A stretch of 64,000 nt of DNA from Alphaproteobacteria bacterium (lineage in GTDB: Bacteria > Pseudomonadota > Alphaproteobacteria > GCA-2731375), in NCBI GenBank assembly GCA_965232515.1, contig CBDDPY010000002.1:1248001-1312000 (forward strand), given 5' to 3'. Positions 37,375-46,766 of the stretch are shown in pieces (position 1 is the stretch's first letter; each line of letters starts with the position of its first letter). Under the pieces are notes generated by a model. That model saw only the letters and a program-made list of their open reading frames with translations, ran no database searches and was not told the DNA's origin. The translations under genes and the position numbers were made by a program.

Positions 37375-39432
37375 ATGACGTCACTTTCCGGTCCCGTGCG
37401 GATCGCCGTCGATATCGGCGGCACGTTTACGGATTTGCAGGTCCTGGAGGAGGCGAGCGGACGGACGTTGGCGTTCAAGACGCCGACGACACCGGCCGAT
37501 CCGTCGGAAGGGTTGATGGCGGGCATTGCCGGTGCGGCGGACGCGTTTGGATTCGGGTTGGATCAGGTGTCGGGGCTGATGCACGGCACGACGATCGCGA
37601 CCAACGCTGTCTTGGAGCGCAAGCTGCCGGTGGGGGCGCTGGTGACGACGTCAGGCTTCGAGGACGTGCTGGAGATCGGCCGGCACGTGCGGAAAGAGGT
37701 CTACGGCATGCGGGCCGAGCCGCGCACGCTGCTGATCGAGCGGGCGAACCGGTTCGGCGTGCCGGAGCGCATGACGGCGCGCGGCACGGTCGAGCGGGCG
37801 CTGGACGAGGCGGACGCCCGGCGCGTGGCGGACGCTATTGCCGCGACCGGGGCGGAGGTGGTGGCGGTCTGTCTGCTGCATGCTTACGCCAATGCGGCGC
37901 ACGAGCAGCGGCTGGGCGAGATCATCGCCGAGCGTTGCGGCAACGTCTTCGTCTCGCTGTCGAGCACGGTGAGCCCGGAGATCCGCGAGTTCGAGCGCAC
38001 CTCGACCACGGTATTGAACGCGCTGCTGATGCCCGTCGTCGGGCGATATCTGGCGCGGCTGCGGGGGCGGATGACGGAGGCCGGCTTCGCGGCCCCGGTC
38101 TATCTGGTGCAGTCGAACGGCGGCGTCACCACGCCCGAGATCGCCGCCGAGCAGCCGGCGCGGCTGCTGCTGTCGGGGCCGAGCGGTGGGGCGCTGGCGG
38201 CCGAGACCATTGCCAAGCATCTGAGCGAGCCGAATTTGATCGCCGTCGACATGGGCGGCACCAGCTTCGACGTCTCGATCGTGCATGACGGCCGCACGCG
38301 GATCGTGACGCAGGGTGAGGTCGACGACTGTCCGGTTCGCCTGCCGATGGTCGAGATCCGCACCATCGGCGCGGGCGGTGGTTCGATCGCCTGGACCGAT
38401 ACCGCCGGCAGCCTGCAGGTCGGGCCGCAGTCGGCCGGCGCCGATCCGGGGCCGGTGACCTATGGCCGCGGCGGGTCCGAGCCGACGGTGACGGACGCCA
38501 ACGTGGCGCTAGGCCGCATCGATCCGGATTACTTCCTGGGCGGCGCCATGCGGCTTGACGCCGAGGCCGCGCGGGCGGCGCTGCAGGCGCGCATCGCCGG
38601 GCCGCTGTCTTTAGGGCTGGAGGAGGCGGCGGAAGGCATTCTCAAGGTGGCGACGGCGCATATGGCGACGGCGATCCGGCTGAGCCTGTTCGAGAAGGGG
38701 CTGGACCCGAAGGACTTCGCGCTGGTCTCGTTCGGCGGCGCCGGCGGCCTGCACGCGGTCGACGTGGCCGTCGAGCTGGGCGCGACACGGGTGATCTTCC
38801 CGCGCGATCCCGGCACGCTCAGCGCCTGGGGCATGCTGTTCGCCGATGTGGCGCACGATCTCGCCGCCGCGAGGCTGCTGCCGGCGGCGCCGGAATCGGT
38901 GCCGGCGCTGGCCGAGATGGCGGCGCGCCTCACGGCCGAGGGCGCGGGCCTGCTGGCGCGCGACGGCGTCGCCGAGGTGCAGCGGGACTATCGTCTCGCC
39001 GCCGACCTGCGCTATCGCGGCCAAGCCTACGAGATCATGGTGCCCTGGCCGGGCGAGGCGGTCGACGTGGACGGGCTTGCCGGCGCCGTACGCGACTTCC
39101 ACGCGCTGCATATGGCGCAATACGCGCACGCCGACGCGGACGCCGTGCCGGAAATCGTGGCGCTGCGGCTGACGGCCTTGGGCCGGCTCGCGAAGCCGGT
39201 GGAGCGGCCGTTCGATGCGGCGGGCGCAGGCGGGCCGAAAGGTCAGCGACGGCTCTACATCGACGGTGCTTGGCAGAAGGCCGCGGTCTACGATCGGGAA
39301 ACCCTGCCGGCGGCGGCCGAGATCGCCGGCCCGGCCATCGTCGAGGAGGCGCACTCAACCATTCTGCTGCCCGCCGGCTGGACGCTCACCGTTGCCAACA
39401 CCGGCGATCTGCTGGCGACAGCCGAGACATAG
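37375..39432 (+). CDS. Hydantoinase A / oxoprolinase family protein (second copy)
   Basis: VDIGGTFTD, HGTTIATN, DMGGTSFD, GAGGGS. Confidence 0.93.
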   Translation: MTSLSGPVRIAVDIGGTFTDLQVLEEASGRTLAFKTPTTPADPSEGLMAGIAGAADAFGFGLDQVSGLMHGTTIATNAVLERKLPVGALVTTSGFEDVLEIGRHVRKEVYGMRAEPRTLLIERANRFGVPERMTARGTVERALDEADARRVADAIAATGAEVVAVCLLHAYANAAHEQRLGEIIAERCGNVFVSLSSTVSPEIREFERTSTTVLNALLMPVVGRYLARLRGRMTEAGFAAPVYLVQSNGGVTTPEIAAEQPARLLLSGPSGGALAAETIAKHLSEPNLIAVDMGGTSFDVSIVHDGRTRIVTQGEVDDCPVRLPMVEIRTIGAGGGSIAWTDTAGSLQVGPQSAGADPGPVTYGRGGSEPTVTDANVALGRIDPDYFLGGAMRLDAEAARAALQARIAGPLSLGLEEAAEGILKVATAHMATAIRLSLFEKGLDPKDFALVSFGGAGGLHAVDVAVELGATRVIFPRDPGTLSAWGMLFADVAHDLAAARLLPAAPESVPALAEMAARLTAEGAGLLARDGVAEVQRDYRLAADLRYRGQAYEIMVPWPGEAVDVDGLAGAVRDFHALHMAQYAHADADAVPEIVALRLTALGRLAKPVERPFDAAGAGGPKGQRRLYIDGAWQKAAVYDRETLPAAAEIAGPAIVEEAHSTILLPAGWTLTVANTGDLLATAET

Positions 39433-39444
39433 CCGCCGATGCCG

Positions 39445-39533
39445 CTGGATGCCCGTGTCAAGCACGGGCATGACGAAAAGGGTGTCGAATGTTGCCTCTC
39501 TTCGTCATTGCCGGACTTGATCCGGCAATCCAG
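39445..39533. repeat. REP pair
   Basis: CTGGATGCCCGTGTCAAGCACGGGCATGACG ... CGTCATTGCCGGACTTGATCCGGCAATCCAG. Confidence 0.85.
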
Positions 39534-39561
39534 GACTTCGAGCGAGGCGCAGTCAGAATCT

Positions 39562-40098
39562 TTAGCCCCCGAGCGGCTTGTCCATGCGGATCGCGGCGAC
39601 GGCGGTGCCGTCGGGCAGGTCGATGTCGAAACGTTCGCGGACCGTGTAGCCGAGCGCCTGGTACAGCGGCTCGCCGGTGACGGTCGCGATCAGCGCCGCC
39701 TGGCGGCTGCCGGCCTCGCGGGCACAGGCCTCGAGGAAGGCCATGATGCGGCTGGCGATGCCGCGGCGGGCCCAGTCGGGATGTACGAAGATGGCGCGCA
39801 TGAGCGCCGCCGTGTCGTCAGACCCCGCGGCCGCTTTGTCGGCCGAGGTGCGAAATCCGGGCGCGCGGCGGGTCCAGCCGCCGCAACCTACGAGCGTGCC
39901 GGCGATTTCGGCAACGAAGTAGCTGCGGTCGGCGATCAGGTTGGGATCGACGGTGACGATGTATCGCAGGCAGGACTCGATTTGCGCGGCCGTGTAATCA
40001 TTGCCGCCAAGCTCGCGCATCGAGCGGTCGTACAGCGCCTGGAGCGCGGCCGTATCGGCCGGTTCGGCGGTGCGGATTTGGATATCGTCGACACGCAT
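39562..40098 (-). CDS. GNAT family N-acetyltransferase
   Basis: LVGCGGW, IFVHPDWARRGIAS, GEPLYQALGY. Confidence 0.88.
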   Translation of the reverse strand: MRVDDIQIRTAEPADTAALQALYDRSMRELGGNDYTAAQIESCLRYIVTVDPNLIADRSYFVAEIAGTLVGCGGWTRRAPGFRTSADKAAAGSDDTAALMRAIFVHPDWARRGIASRIMAFLEACAREAGSRQAALIATVTGEPLYQALGYTVRERFDIDLPDGTAVAAIRMDKPLGG

Positions 40099-40262
40099 GG
40101 TCTCACCCTCTCAACTGCACGGATCGGTCGGGTGCGGCGCGACGCGATACAACAGCCGCTTGAATTAGCGGGCGCGAGCTTCAGGCCGATGTCGCGCCCG
40201 CTGGCGTTTGTAACTATTGTTTCGGGGCCGGCCGGGGCCGGCGGCAAGGAAAGTGGCGTGGC

Positions 40263-41948
40263 ATGACCGATCTGAACCCGATCCAGCTTGAGATCATCCG
40301 CAACGCGCTGGTGGCGGCGGCCGAGGAGATGAGCGTGACGATCTGGCGCACCAGCCGGTCGTCCGTGGTGCGCGAGATCCTGGACTACTCGACCTGCGTG
40401 TTCGACGCGGACGGGTTGAGCGTCGCCCAGGCCGCGCGCATGCCGGTGCATCTGAACTCGATGGCGAGCTGTCTCACCGACGTGATCGCGCATCACCTGC
40501 CGCTCGACCAGTGGGCCGACGGCGACGTGGTCGTGACCAACGATCCCTATTGCGGCGGCCAGCATCTGTCGGACATCCAGACCTTCATGCCGGTGTTCCT
40601 GGACGGAAGGCGTATCGCCATCGCCGGCATCCTGGTGCATCACCTGGACGTCGGCGGCGGCGCGCCCGGCAGCTACGACGCGACCGCGACCGAGATCTAT
40701 CAGGAGGGTTTCCGCATCCCACCGCTGAAGGTGGTGGACGCAGGCCGGCGCAACGAAGCAGTGATCAAGCTGCTCTTGCAGAACACGCGCGAGCCCGAGA
40801 ATGTCGGTGGCGACTTCAATTCGCAGCTCGCGGCCTTGAGCGTGGGCGCGGCGAACCTGCGGCGGGTCGGCGAGCGCTACGGCGCCGACACGCTGGCCGC
40901 CGCCTGCACGGCGATCCAGGCGCAGTCGGAGCGGCGCATGCGGGCGGCCATCGCCGATGTCCCGGACGGGACCTATGACTTCGAGGACTTCGTCGACGAC
41001 GACGGCATCGAGGACAAGCCGATCCGCATCCACGCCAAGCTGGCGGTGACGGGCGAGGCGGTCGAGGTCGACCTGTCGGGCAGCGACCGGCAGGCCAAGG
41101 GACCGGTCAACTGCACGCTCAACATGACCAGCTCGGCCGTGATCTGCGGCGCCATGATGTCGATCGGCCAGGACATCCCGGCGAACGCCGGCTGCTACCG
41201 GCCGATCCGCATCGTCGCACCAGCCGGCACCGCGGTGAACGCGATCTCGCCGGCGCCGGTGGCGAACCGCATGGCCGTCGGTCACCGGGTGGTGAACGCG
41301 GTGATCGGCGCCTTCGCGCAGGCGCTGCCGGGGCGCATCGCGGCGGCGTACTACGGCGTGTCCTACGCCTATTCGCTGAACGCCATCAACGCGGACGGCT
41401 CGCGCCAGCTCTATTTCGATCTTGAGTGCGGCGGCTGGGGCGGTCATCCGGAGGAGGACGGCGCCAGCGCCTTCTCCTGCGGCTTCCACAACATCGCCAA
41501 CTCGCCGATCGAGATGATCGAGAACGATTATCCCGTCACCTTTACGCGTTACGGCCTGGCGCCAGATTCCGGCGGCGCGGGACGGCGGCGCGGCGGCCTC
41601 GGCCTGATCCGCGAATGGCGTGTGGACGCGCCGCAGGGCGAGTTCGCCGCCAACCTCGACCGCTTCCGCTTCCCGCCCACCGGCCTCGCCGACGGTGCGC
41701 CAGGCGGCGCCGGCCGCCTGACCCTCAAACGCGCCGGCGAGGGTCAGGAAGAGCCATTGGGATCAAAGGTTTCTGGCCTGATGCTGAACAAAGGCGACAG
41801 CATCCGGCTACAGACCTCGGGTGGCGGCGGTTACGGCGCCCCCGCCGACCGAGATCCAGCAGACATCGCCCGGGACCTGCGGCACGGCTATGTCAGCCGG
41901 GACGCGGCCCGCCAAGTCTATGGCCATTCGGACGCCGGCGATGACTGA
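40263..41948 (+). CDS. Hydantoinase B / oxoprolinase family protein (second copy)
   Basis: SSVVREILD, NDPYCGGQHLSD, HHLDVGG, GGGGYG. Confidence 0.93.
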   Translation: MTDLNPIQLEIIRNALVAAAEEMSVTIWRTSRSSVVREILDYSTCVFDADGLSVAQAARMPVHLNSMASCLTDVIAHHLPLDQWADGDVVVTNDPYCGGQHLSDIQTFMPVFLDGRRIAIAGILVHHLDVGGGAPGSYDATATEIYQEGFRIPPLKVVDAGRRNEAVIKLLLQNTREPENVGGDFNSQLAALSVGAANLRRVGERYGADTLAAACTAIQAQSERRMRAAIADVPDGTYDFEDFVDDDGIEDKPIRIHAKLAVTGEAVEVDLSGSDRQAKGPVNCTLNMTSSAVICGAMMSIGQDIPANAGCYRPIRIVAPAGTAVNAISPAPVANRMAVGHRVVNAVIGAFAQALPGRIAAAYYGVSYAYSLNAINADGSRQLYFDLECGGWGGHPEEDGASAFSCGFHNIANSPIEMIENDYPVTFTRYGLAPDSGGAGRRRGGLGLIREWRVDAPQGEFAANLDRFRFPPTGLADGAPGGAGRLTLKRAGEGQEEPLGSKVSGLMLNKGDSIRLQTSGGGGYGAPADRDPADIARDLRHGYVSRDAARQVYGHSDAGDD

Positions 41949-41977
41949 GGCCGCCTTTGTGATCGAGGAGTAACGCC

Positions 41978-42571
41978 ATGCCAACGTCCGACACCGTCAT
42001 CGTCGCCAACCATTACCAGAACGAGAACTGCCATCCCGACGGCAAGATCAAGGTGGGGATCGCGGCGGACGCCGAATGGCGCTGGGAGCGGATGGCGAAC
42101 GCGAAGCGGCTTTTCGCCGGCGCGCGCGGGGCCGGGGTGCCGATCGTGCATGTACGGCTGGCCGTACCGCCGGATTACGCGGGCGTGGTCGCGAATACGC
42201 CGCTGATCCGGCAGTGGATCGAGCTCGGCGCGTGGAAGGACGGCACCTGGGGCGTGGAGTTCCTGGAGGGACTGGAGCCGGCGGACGGCGAAGCGGTGGT
42301 CACGCACACGCGAAACAGCGCCTTCCACGGCTCGAACCTGTCGGATGTGCTATTCGCGCTCGGCGCCACCAAGTTGATCTGCTGCGGCGTCTCGACGGCT
42401 TACGTGGTCGAGGGCACGGTCCGACACGCCACCGACATCGGCTATGAGGTGACGGTGGCGGCGGATGCCTGCTCAACCGCGACGCAGCCCCAGCACGAAG
42501 CGGCGCTGGCGGCAATGAAGCTGATCGCCGAGATCAAGACCGTGGACGAGATCCTGACCGAGTTCAGGTAG
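41978..42571 (+). CDS. Isochorismatase/cysteine-hydrolase fold protein with atypical active site
   Basis: HYQNE, GTWG.EF, RNSAF, GVST..VVEGTVRHATDIGY, DACS. Confidence 0.82.
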   Translation: MPTSDTVIVANHYQNENCHPDGKIKVGIAADAEWRWERMANAKRLFAGARGAGVPIVHVRLAVPPDYAGVVANTPLIRQWIELGAWKDGTWGVEFLEGLEPADGEAVVTHTRNSAFHGSNLSDVLFALGATKLICCGVSTAYVVEGTVRHATDIGYEVTVAADACSTATQPQHEAALAAMKLIAEIKTVDEILTEFR

Positions 42572-42751
42572 CTAAGCACAGCAAAAGCACGACGCCATCG
42601 GCTTGATCTCCAGCCGAAAAAGGCGGTTGCTGGCTGCGAGTCTGAGTAGCTGATATAATTTGTTGTTACCGCTTCGCGCGCATGTGTTGTCCATGCTAAC
42701 GCAGGCAATGTGCTTGGCGTCGTTGCCGGAACCGATAAACGAAAAGACGTC

Positions 42752-43030
42752 ATGTTGGAGAGCCTGACCTCGGAGCAGATACGGATCGCTGATCCGACGA
42801 CGCCACCGGATGTGCGGCGCAGCCTTCGACGGCGCCAGCTTAAGCGTTACCTGATCGGCACCGTGGCCGCCTTGGTCATTACGGTGATCGGCTTCTATCT
42901 TGCGGTGGCGATGTACTTCACGTCGCTATACGCCGTCATCACGGTCAATCTGGCCCTCGTCTGGGCCATGATCGGCGTCTTGATCCTGATCACGGTCGGA
43001 CCGTTGGTCGTCGTGTTTCTGCGTCGTTAG
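42752..43030 (+). CDS. Small hypothetical two-TM membrane protein
   Basis: 92 aa, basic segment followed by two hydrophobic helices. Confidence 0.6.
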   Translation: MLESLTSEQIRIADPTTPPDVRRSLRRRQLKRYLIGTVAALVITVIGFYLAVAMYFTSLYAVITVNLALVWAMIGVLILITVGPLVVVFLRR

Positions 43031-43506
43031 CCGCCGGCCTTTTGTTTTTCCTGGAACTGGATGAAGCGGATGGCGTCGGCGGGTTCCAGGCGGCCGATGG
43101 GGCCGGTGCTGTAGGTGGCGGACAGGACCTTGCCGGTGTCGTTCAGCACGAAGTTCGAGGGCTGAATGATCTGACGGCGGTCTTCCCACCAGGAACCGAG
43201 CGTGTCAGCGTCCGCGCGTGTCACGCCGTGCGCGATCGGGAACGAGAGATCGGCCGCGACCTCGGCCGCCTTGTCTTCAGGATCGACGCTGGCCGCGATG
43301 ACCCGGGCGTCCAGTTTTTCCAACTCGTTCAGGTGATCTTCGAAGCCGCCCAACTGACGTCGACAGTAAGGTCACCAGTGTCCGCGATAGAACAGAACCA
43401 CGCTGTAGCTGGAGTTGAGCTGATCGGGCAGGGCAAGCGTGCCGCCGCCGACCAGGTTCAGCGTCAGCGATGGAAAGCTGTCGCCGGCATTCAGTTTCTC
43501 GGCCAT
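43027..43506 (-). CDS. Peroxiredoxin-like (AhpC/TSA, thioredoxin fold) probable selenoprotein, UxxC motif
   Basis: Continuous frame MAEKLNAGDSFPSLTL...VVLFYRGHW-TGA-PYCRRQLGGFEDH...; TGA at 43374-43372 sits at the first Cys of the family's WCPYC motif; hairpin directly downstream; RBS GGGAG. Confidence 0.85.
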
Positions 43507-43994
43507 ACGGATACTCCCACGACGGTGCGTCGCGCCTAGCTCAACAGAATTGCCGCGCCGGCGCAATTGCCGAATGCGTGACCCCGAGACAACGACATCG
43601 CCCCGCCGCATCCGCGCCGGGGCGAGTTCGTGAACCGGTGCAATCCGATCAATCCGTCGGGTGCGGACCGTTCAAGGGGTGCTCGGGATCGTTTTCGATG
43701 GTCACGGTACGTCTCCTAGGGTGTCGTTCGGTCGCTCGCAGCCGCTACGTGGCGATTAGTGCTTTGCGGTACAAGTGACATTGTTACGACAACGGGCGCA
43801 CCGACGCTTTCTTCCCCAAGGTTAATGCCGAGGCGGAAATTTTTTGCTAACCGTGTGGCGCGGAATCCCGGCATTTGCAGGCAGTTAGCCGACTTCGCGC
43901 CATTTGTACGCGACGCCAGGGCGGCAACACGCCAAGCCGGTAAAATGTTGTTACCAACTCTTGCAAATGCCCAAACGGGCAACGCTTCCGGACG

Positions 43995-44396
43995 CTATTT
44001 GTGCTTCGGCTCGCGCGGTTCCGTGGCACCACCTGCCTCGCGCCAGGCGCCGTAGCCACCCTCGAGATGGCAGACCGGCTTGAGGCCCATGTCCTGCACG
44101 GCTTTGGCGGCGAGCGCCGAGCGCAGGCCGCCGGCGCAGAAGAACATGAAGCGCTTGCCGGACTGAAAGACGTCGCGGGCGTATGGACTCTCGGGATCGA
44201 CCCAGAACTCCAGCATGCCACGCGGCGCGTGCACGGCGTCGGGGATCGCGCCCTCGCGCCAGAGCTCGCGGACATCGCGGATGTCGACGAAGACCACGCC
44301 ATCGTCGTCCTTCGCGGCCATGGCCTGCTCGACCGTCCAGGTCTCGATCTCGGCCTCGGCCTCGGCGCAGAGCTGCTTGATGCCTTTGGTAATCAT
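43995..44396 (-). CDS. Rhodanese-like domain protein
   Basis: VDIRDVRE, PRGMLEFW, FCAGGLRSALA, LEGGYGAW; RBS AAGGAG. Confidence 0.9.
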   Translation of the reverse strand: MITKGIKQLCAEAEAEIETWTVEQAMAAKDDDGVVFVDIRDVRELWREGAIPDAVHAPRGMLEFWVDPESPYARDVFQSGKRFMFFCAGGLRSALAAKAVQDMGLKPVCHLEGGYGAWREAGGATEPREPKHK

Positions 44397-44413
44397 GACA
44401 TTCGCTCCTTTGG

Positions 44414-44800
44414 CTAAGCTTTGGCGGCGTTGACCTCGATCTCGACCAGGAAGTCCGGGCTGGCGAGGCCGGCGACGATCAGCAGTGTCGAGGCCGTGCG
44501 GACGTCGCCCATGACCTCGTCGCGGAGGCCCCGGAAGGCGCCGATGTCGGCCGGGTTGGTGAGAAACACGGTGAGCTTGACCACGTCCTCGAGACCCATG
44601 CCGGCGCTGGCGAGCACGCCCTTGATGTTGTCGAAGGCGGTGCGGCACTGGGCCTCGAAGCCCTGCTGGATCGTGCCGTCCGGCGCCATGCCGATCTGGC
44701 CGGACACGAACAAGTGACGCAGGTCGGACGCCGTTTCGACGCCCTGGGCATAGTTGCTGGCCGGCTTGGTGATGTTGTCGGGATTGTGGAGCTTATGCAT
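44414..44800 (-). CDS. RidA/YjgF family protein
   Basis: LFVSGQIG, DVVKLTVFL, LVEIEVNA. Confidence 0.9.
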   Translation of the reverse strand: MHKLHNPDNITKPASNYAQGVETASDLRHLFVSGQIGMAPDGTIQQGFEAQCRTAFDNIKGVLASAGMGLEDVVKLTVFLTNPADIGAFRGLRDEVMGDVRTASTLLIVAGLASPDFLVEIEVNAAKA

Positions 44801-44827
44801 GTCGGAACCCCCAAGGGAATGAGTGGG

Positions 44828-45880
44828 TTAGGGAATGATCTTCATATCGCGGAACTGCTGAAAGATGCGCAGGAACATGTCGTCCGTGCGCAGACAGTCG
44901 TGAAAGCCGTGCAGACGCAGCTTCAGCGTGTCGGTCATGACGTCCCAGTCCGTGTTGAAGACATAATCGCCGAACGGCCAGGCTGCCATTTGATCGTACG
45001 GATAGGATCGGAGACCGTGTTTCTCGACGATCTCGGCCCAGAGCGGCGCTTTGTCGGCCATGAATTCGGTCAGCGGGATCTTCTGCGGCTCGCCATACGG
45101 CATGTCGAAGAAGTCGGCGAAGGCGGGCCAGACATTCTTCCAGCGGAAGAAATCGCCGTTGGTGATGTTGAAGACCTCGTTGGCGCCGCCGGGATCGGTG
45201 CCGCACCAGACCATGGCCTTGGCCAGATGGTCGGCGTCGCAGACCTGGTAGACCGCCTCATAGGCACCTGGCGAGCCGGGGAACCGCAGCGGCAGGCCAA
45301 GATGCTTTGAGATCGCCGCATAGACGGCGATGACCATGGTGATGTTCATCGGGTTGCCGAGCGCGAAGCCGCAGACCGTTTGCGGCCGGAGCGCCGACCA
45401 GGTCCAGTCCTTGCCCGCTTGCGCGCCGCGCAGCCACATTTCCTGGTCGTAGTAGAAGTTCGGCAGCATATGCGGCGGGTCGTCCTCGCGCGCCGGCGTT
45501 TTAAACGGTCCGAGATGGCTGCCGTACCACTTGTTGCCCTCGACCAGATGCACGTGCCGCAGACCCGGCGCGACGGCTTCGATAGCCTCGACCGCGTTCA
45601 CCAGCAGCGCCAGGTTCGGCGCATTGTGCTCGGCCCAGGTCGGGGCGGGCAGGAAGGCGGCATAGAAGATGTGTGTGGCTTCAACCAGGCCGGCGAGCTT
45701 GGCCATGGCCTGGTCGCGCTCCAGCAGGTCGACCGAGATGAATTCCGCCCGCGTATCGAAGTCGGGCGGCCGGCGCGACAGGCCGACGATATCCCAGTCG
45801 TCGCGCGGCTCGAGATAGCTCACCAGGTTACGGCCGATGACGCCGAGCGCCCCGACCACGACCGCCTTCTTGTCTGCCAT
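44828..45880 (-). CDS. PRISE-like SDR (progesterone 5beta-reductase/iridoid synthase-like)
   Basis: VVGALGVIG, GLSRR, GNKWYG, PNFYYDQE, LRFPG, FNITNGDFFRW. Confidence 0.85.
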   Translation of the reverse strand: MADKKAVVVGALGVIGRNLVSYLEPRDDWDIVGLSRRPPDFDTRAEFISVDLLERDQAMAKLAGLVEATHIFYAAFLPAPTWAEHNAPNLALLVNAVEAIEAVAPGLRHVHLVEGNKWYGSHLGPFKTPAREDDPPHMLPNFYYDQEMWLRGAQAGKDWTWSALRPQTVCGFALGNPMNITMVIAVYAAISKHLGLPLRFPGSPGAYEAVYQVCDADHLAKAMVWCGTDPGGANEVFNITNGDFFRWKNVWPAFADFFDMPYGEPQKIPLTEFMADKAPLWAEIVEKHGLRSYPYDQMAAWPFGDYVFNTDWDVMTDTLKLRLHGFHDCLRTDDMFLRIFQQFRDMKIIP

Positions 45881-45899
45881 TTGCTGGACGTCCTACCCG

Positions 45900-46664
45900 C
45901 TAGATGCAGCGGCCGCCGTCGACCTCGAGACAGACGCCGGTGATGAACTCGGCCTCGTCGGAGGCGAGATAAAGGGCGGCGTTGGCGATATCCGCCGGCT
46001 GGCTGAAACGCCCGAGCGGGATGGTGTTGAGGAACTTCTCGCGCATCTCCGGCGTCGCCTCGCCGCCCATGAATTCGGCCAGCATCTGGGTTTCGCCGGC
46101 CACCGGGCAGACCGCGTTGACGCGGATCTTGTCGGCGGCAAGCTCGACCGCCATCGCCTTGGTCAGCGTGCTGACGGCGCCCTTGCTGCCGCAATACCAG
46201 GCGAGTCCGGGCCGCGGGCTGATGGCGGCGGTGGAAGAGGTGTTGATGAAGCAGCCGCCGCCCGATTTGCGCATCTCCGGCACGGCATGCAGCGCCGCCC
46301 AGTAGATGCTCTTCACGTTCACATTGAAGATACGGTCGAACTCGGCCTCGCTGACCTCGGTCATCGGCCCGTTGCGCTGCGGCACGCCCGCGTTGTTGAC
46401 CACGATGTCGAGGCGGCCATAGGCGCCGACGGCTTCGGCGATCATGCCGCCGACCTGGTCGCCGGACGCGACGTCGGCGCCGCTGAACATGGCTTCGCCG
46501 CCGGCCTCGCCGATCGCGCTGGTCACGCGCTGGCCATCCTGGGCATTGAGATCGTTGACCACGACCCTGGCGCCCTCGGCCGCGAAGCGCCGGGCGATGC
46601 CTTCGCCGAAACCGGCGCCCGCGCCCGTCACGATCGCAACCTTGTCCTGAAGCCGCATGTCCAT
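45900..46664 (-). CDS. SDR family oxidoreductase (3-oxoacyl-ACP reductase-like)
   Basis: TGAGAGFG, NNAG, WYCGSK, EVDGGRCI. Confidence 0.92.
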   Translation of the reverse strand: MDMRLQDKVAIVTGAGAGFGEGIARRFAAEGARVVVNDLNAQDGQRVTSAIGEAGGEAMFSGADVASGDQVGGMIAEAVGAYGRLDIVVNNAGVPQRNGPMTEVSEAEFDRIFNVNVKSIYWAALHAVPEMRKSGGGCFINTSSTAAISPRPGLAWYCGSKGAVSTLTKAMAVELAADKIRVNAVCPVAGETQMLAEFMGGEATPEMREKFLNTIPLGRFSQPADIANAALYLASDEAEFITGVCLEVDGGRCI

Positions 46665-46766
46665 GTCCTCCCGTTGATTTGACGCATACGAATGTGCGGC
46701 CGACGGCGCACTGGCGGCACCGACCGAAACCGAAGCGACGATGTTAGCGAACGGCGGCTACCACCG

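Noticed and set aside
43372-43374. Nonsense-mutated pseudogene or two separate small genes
   Set aside because: The only lesion is a TGA at the catalytic Cys position, both halves are intact and a hairpin follows; Sec recoding is the simpler reading, pending the sel gene check
43720-43990. Known riboswitch, ncRNA or CtrA box in the long intergenic region
   Set aside because: No recognisable consensus; TTAA-like half sites lack the TTAA-N7-TTAA spacing
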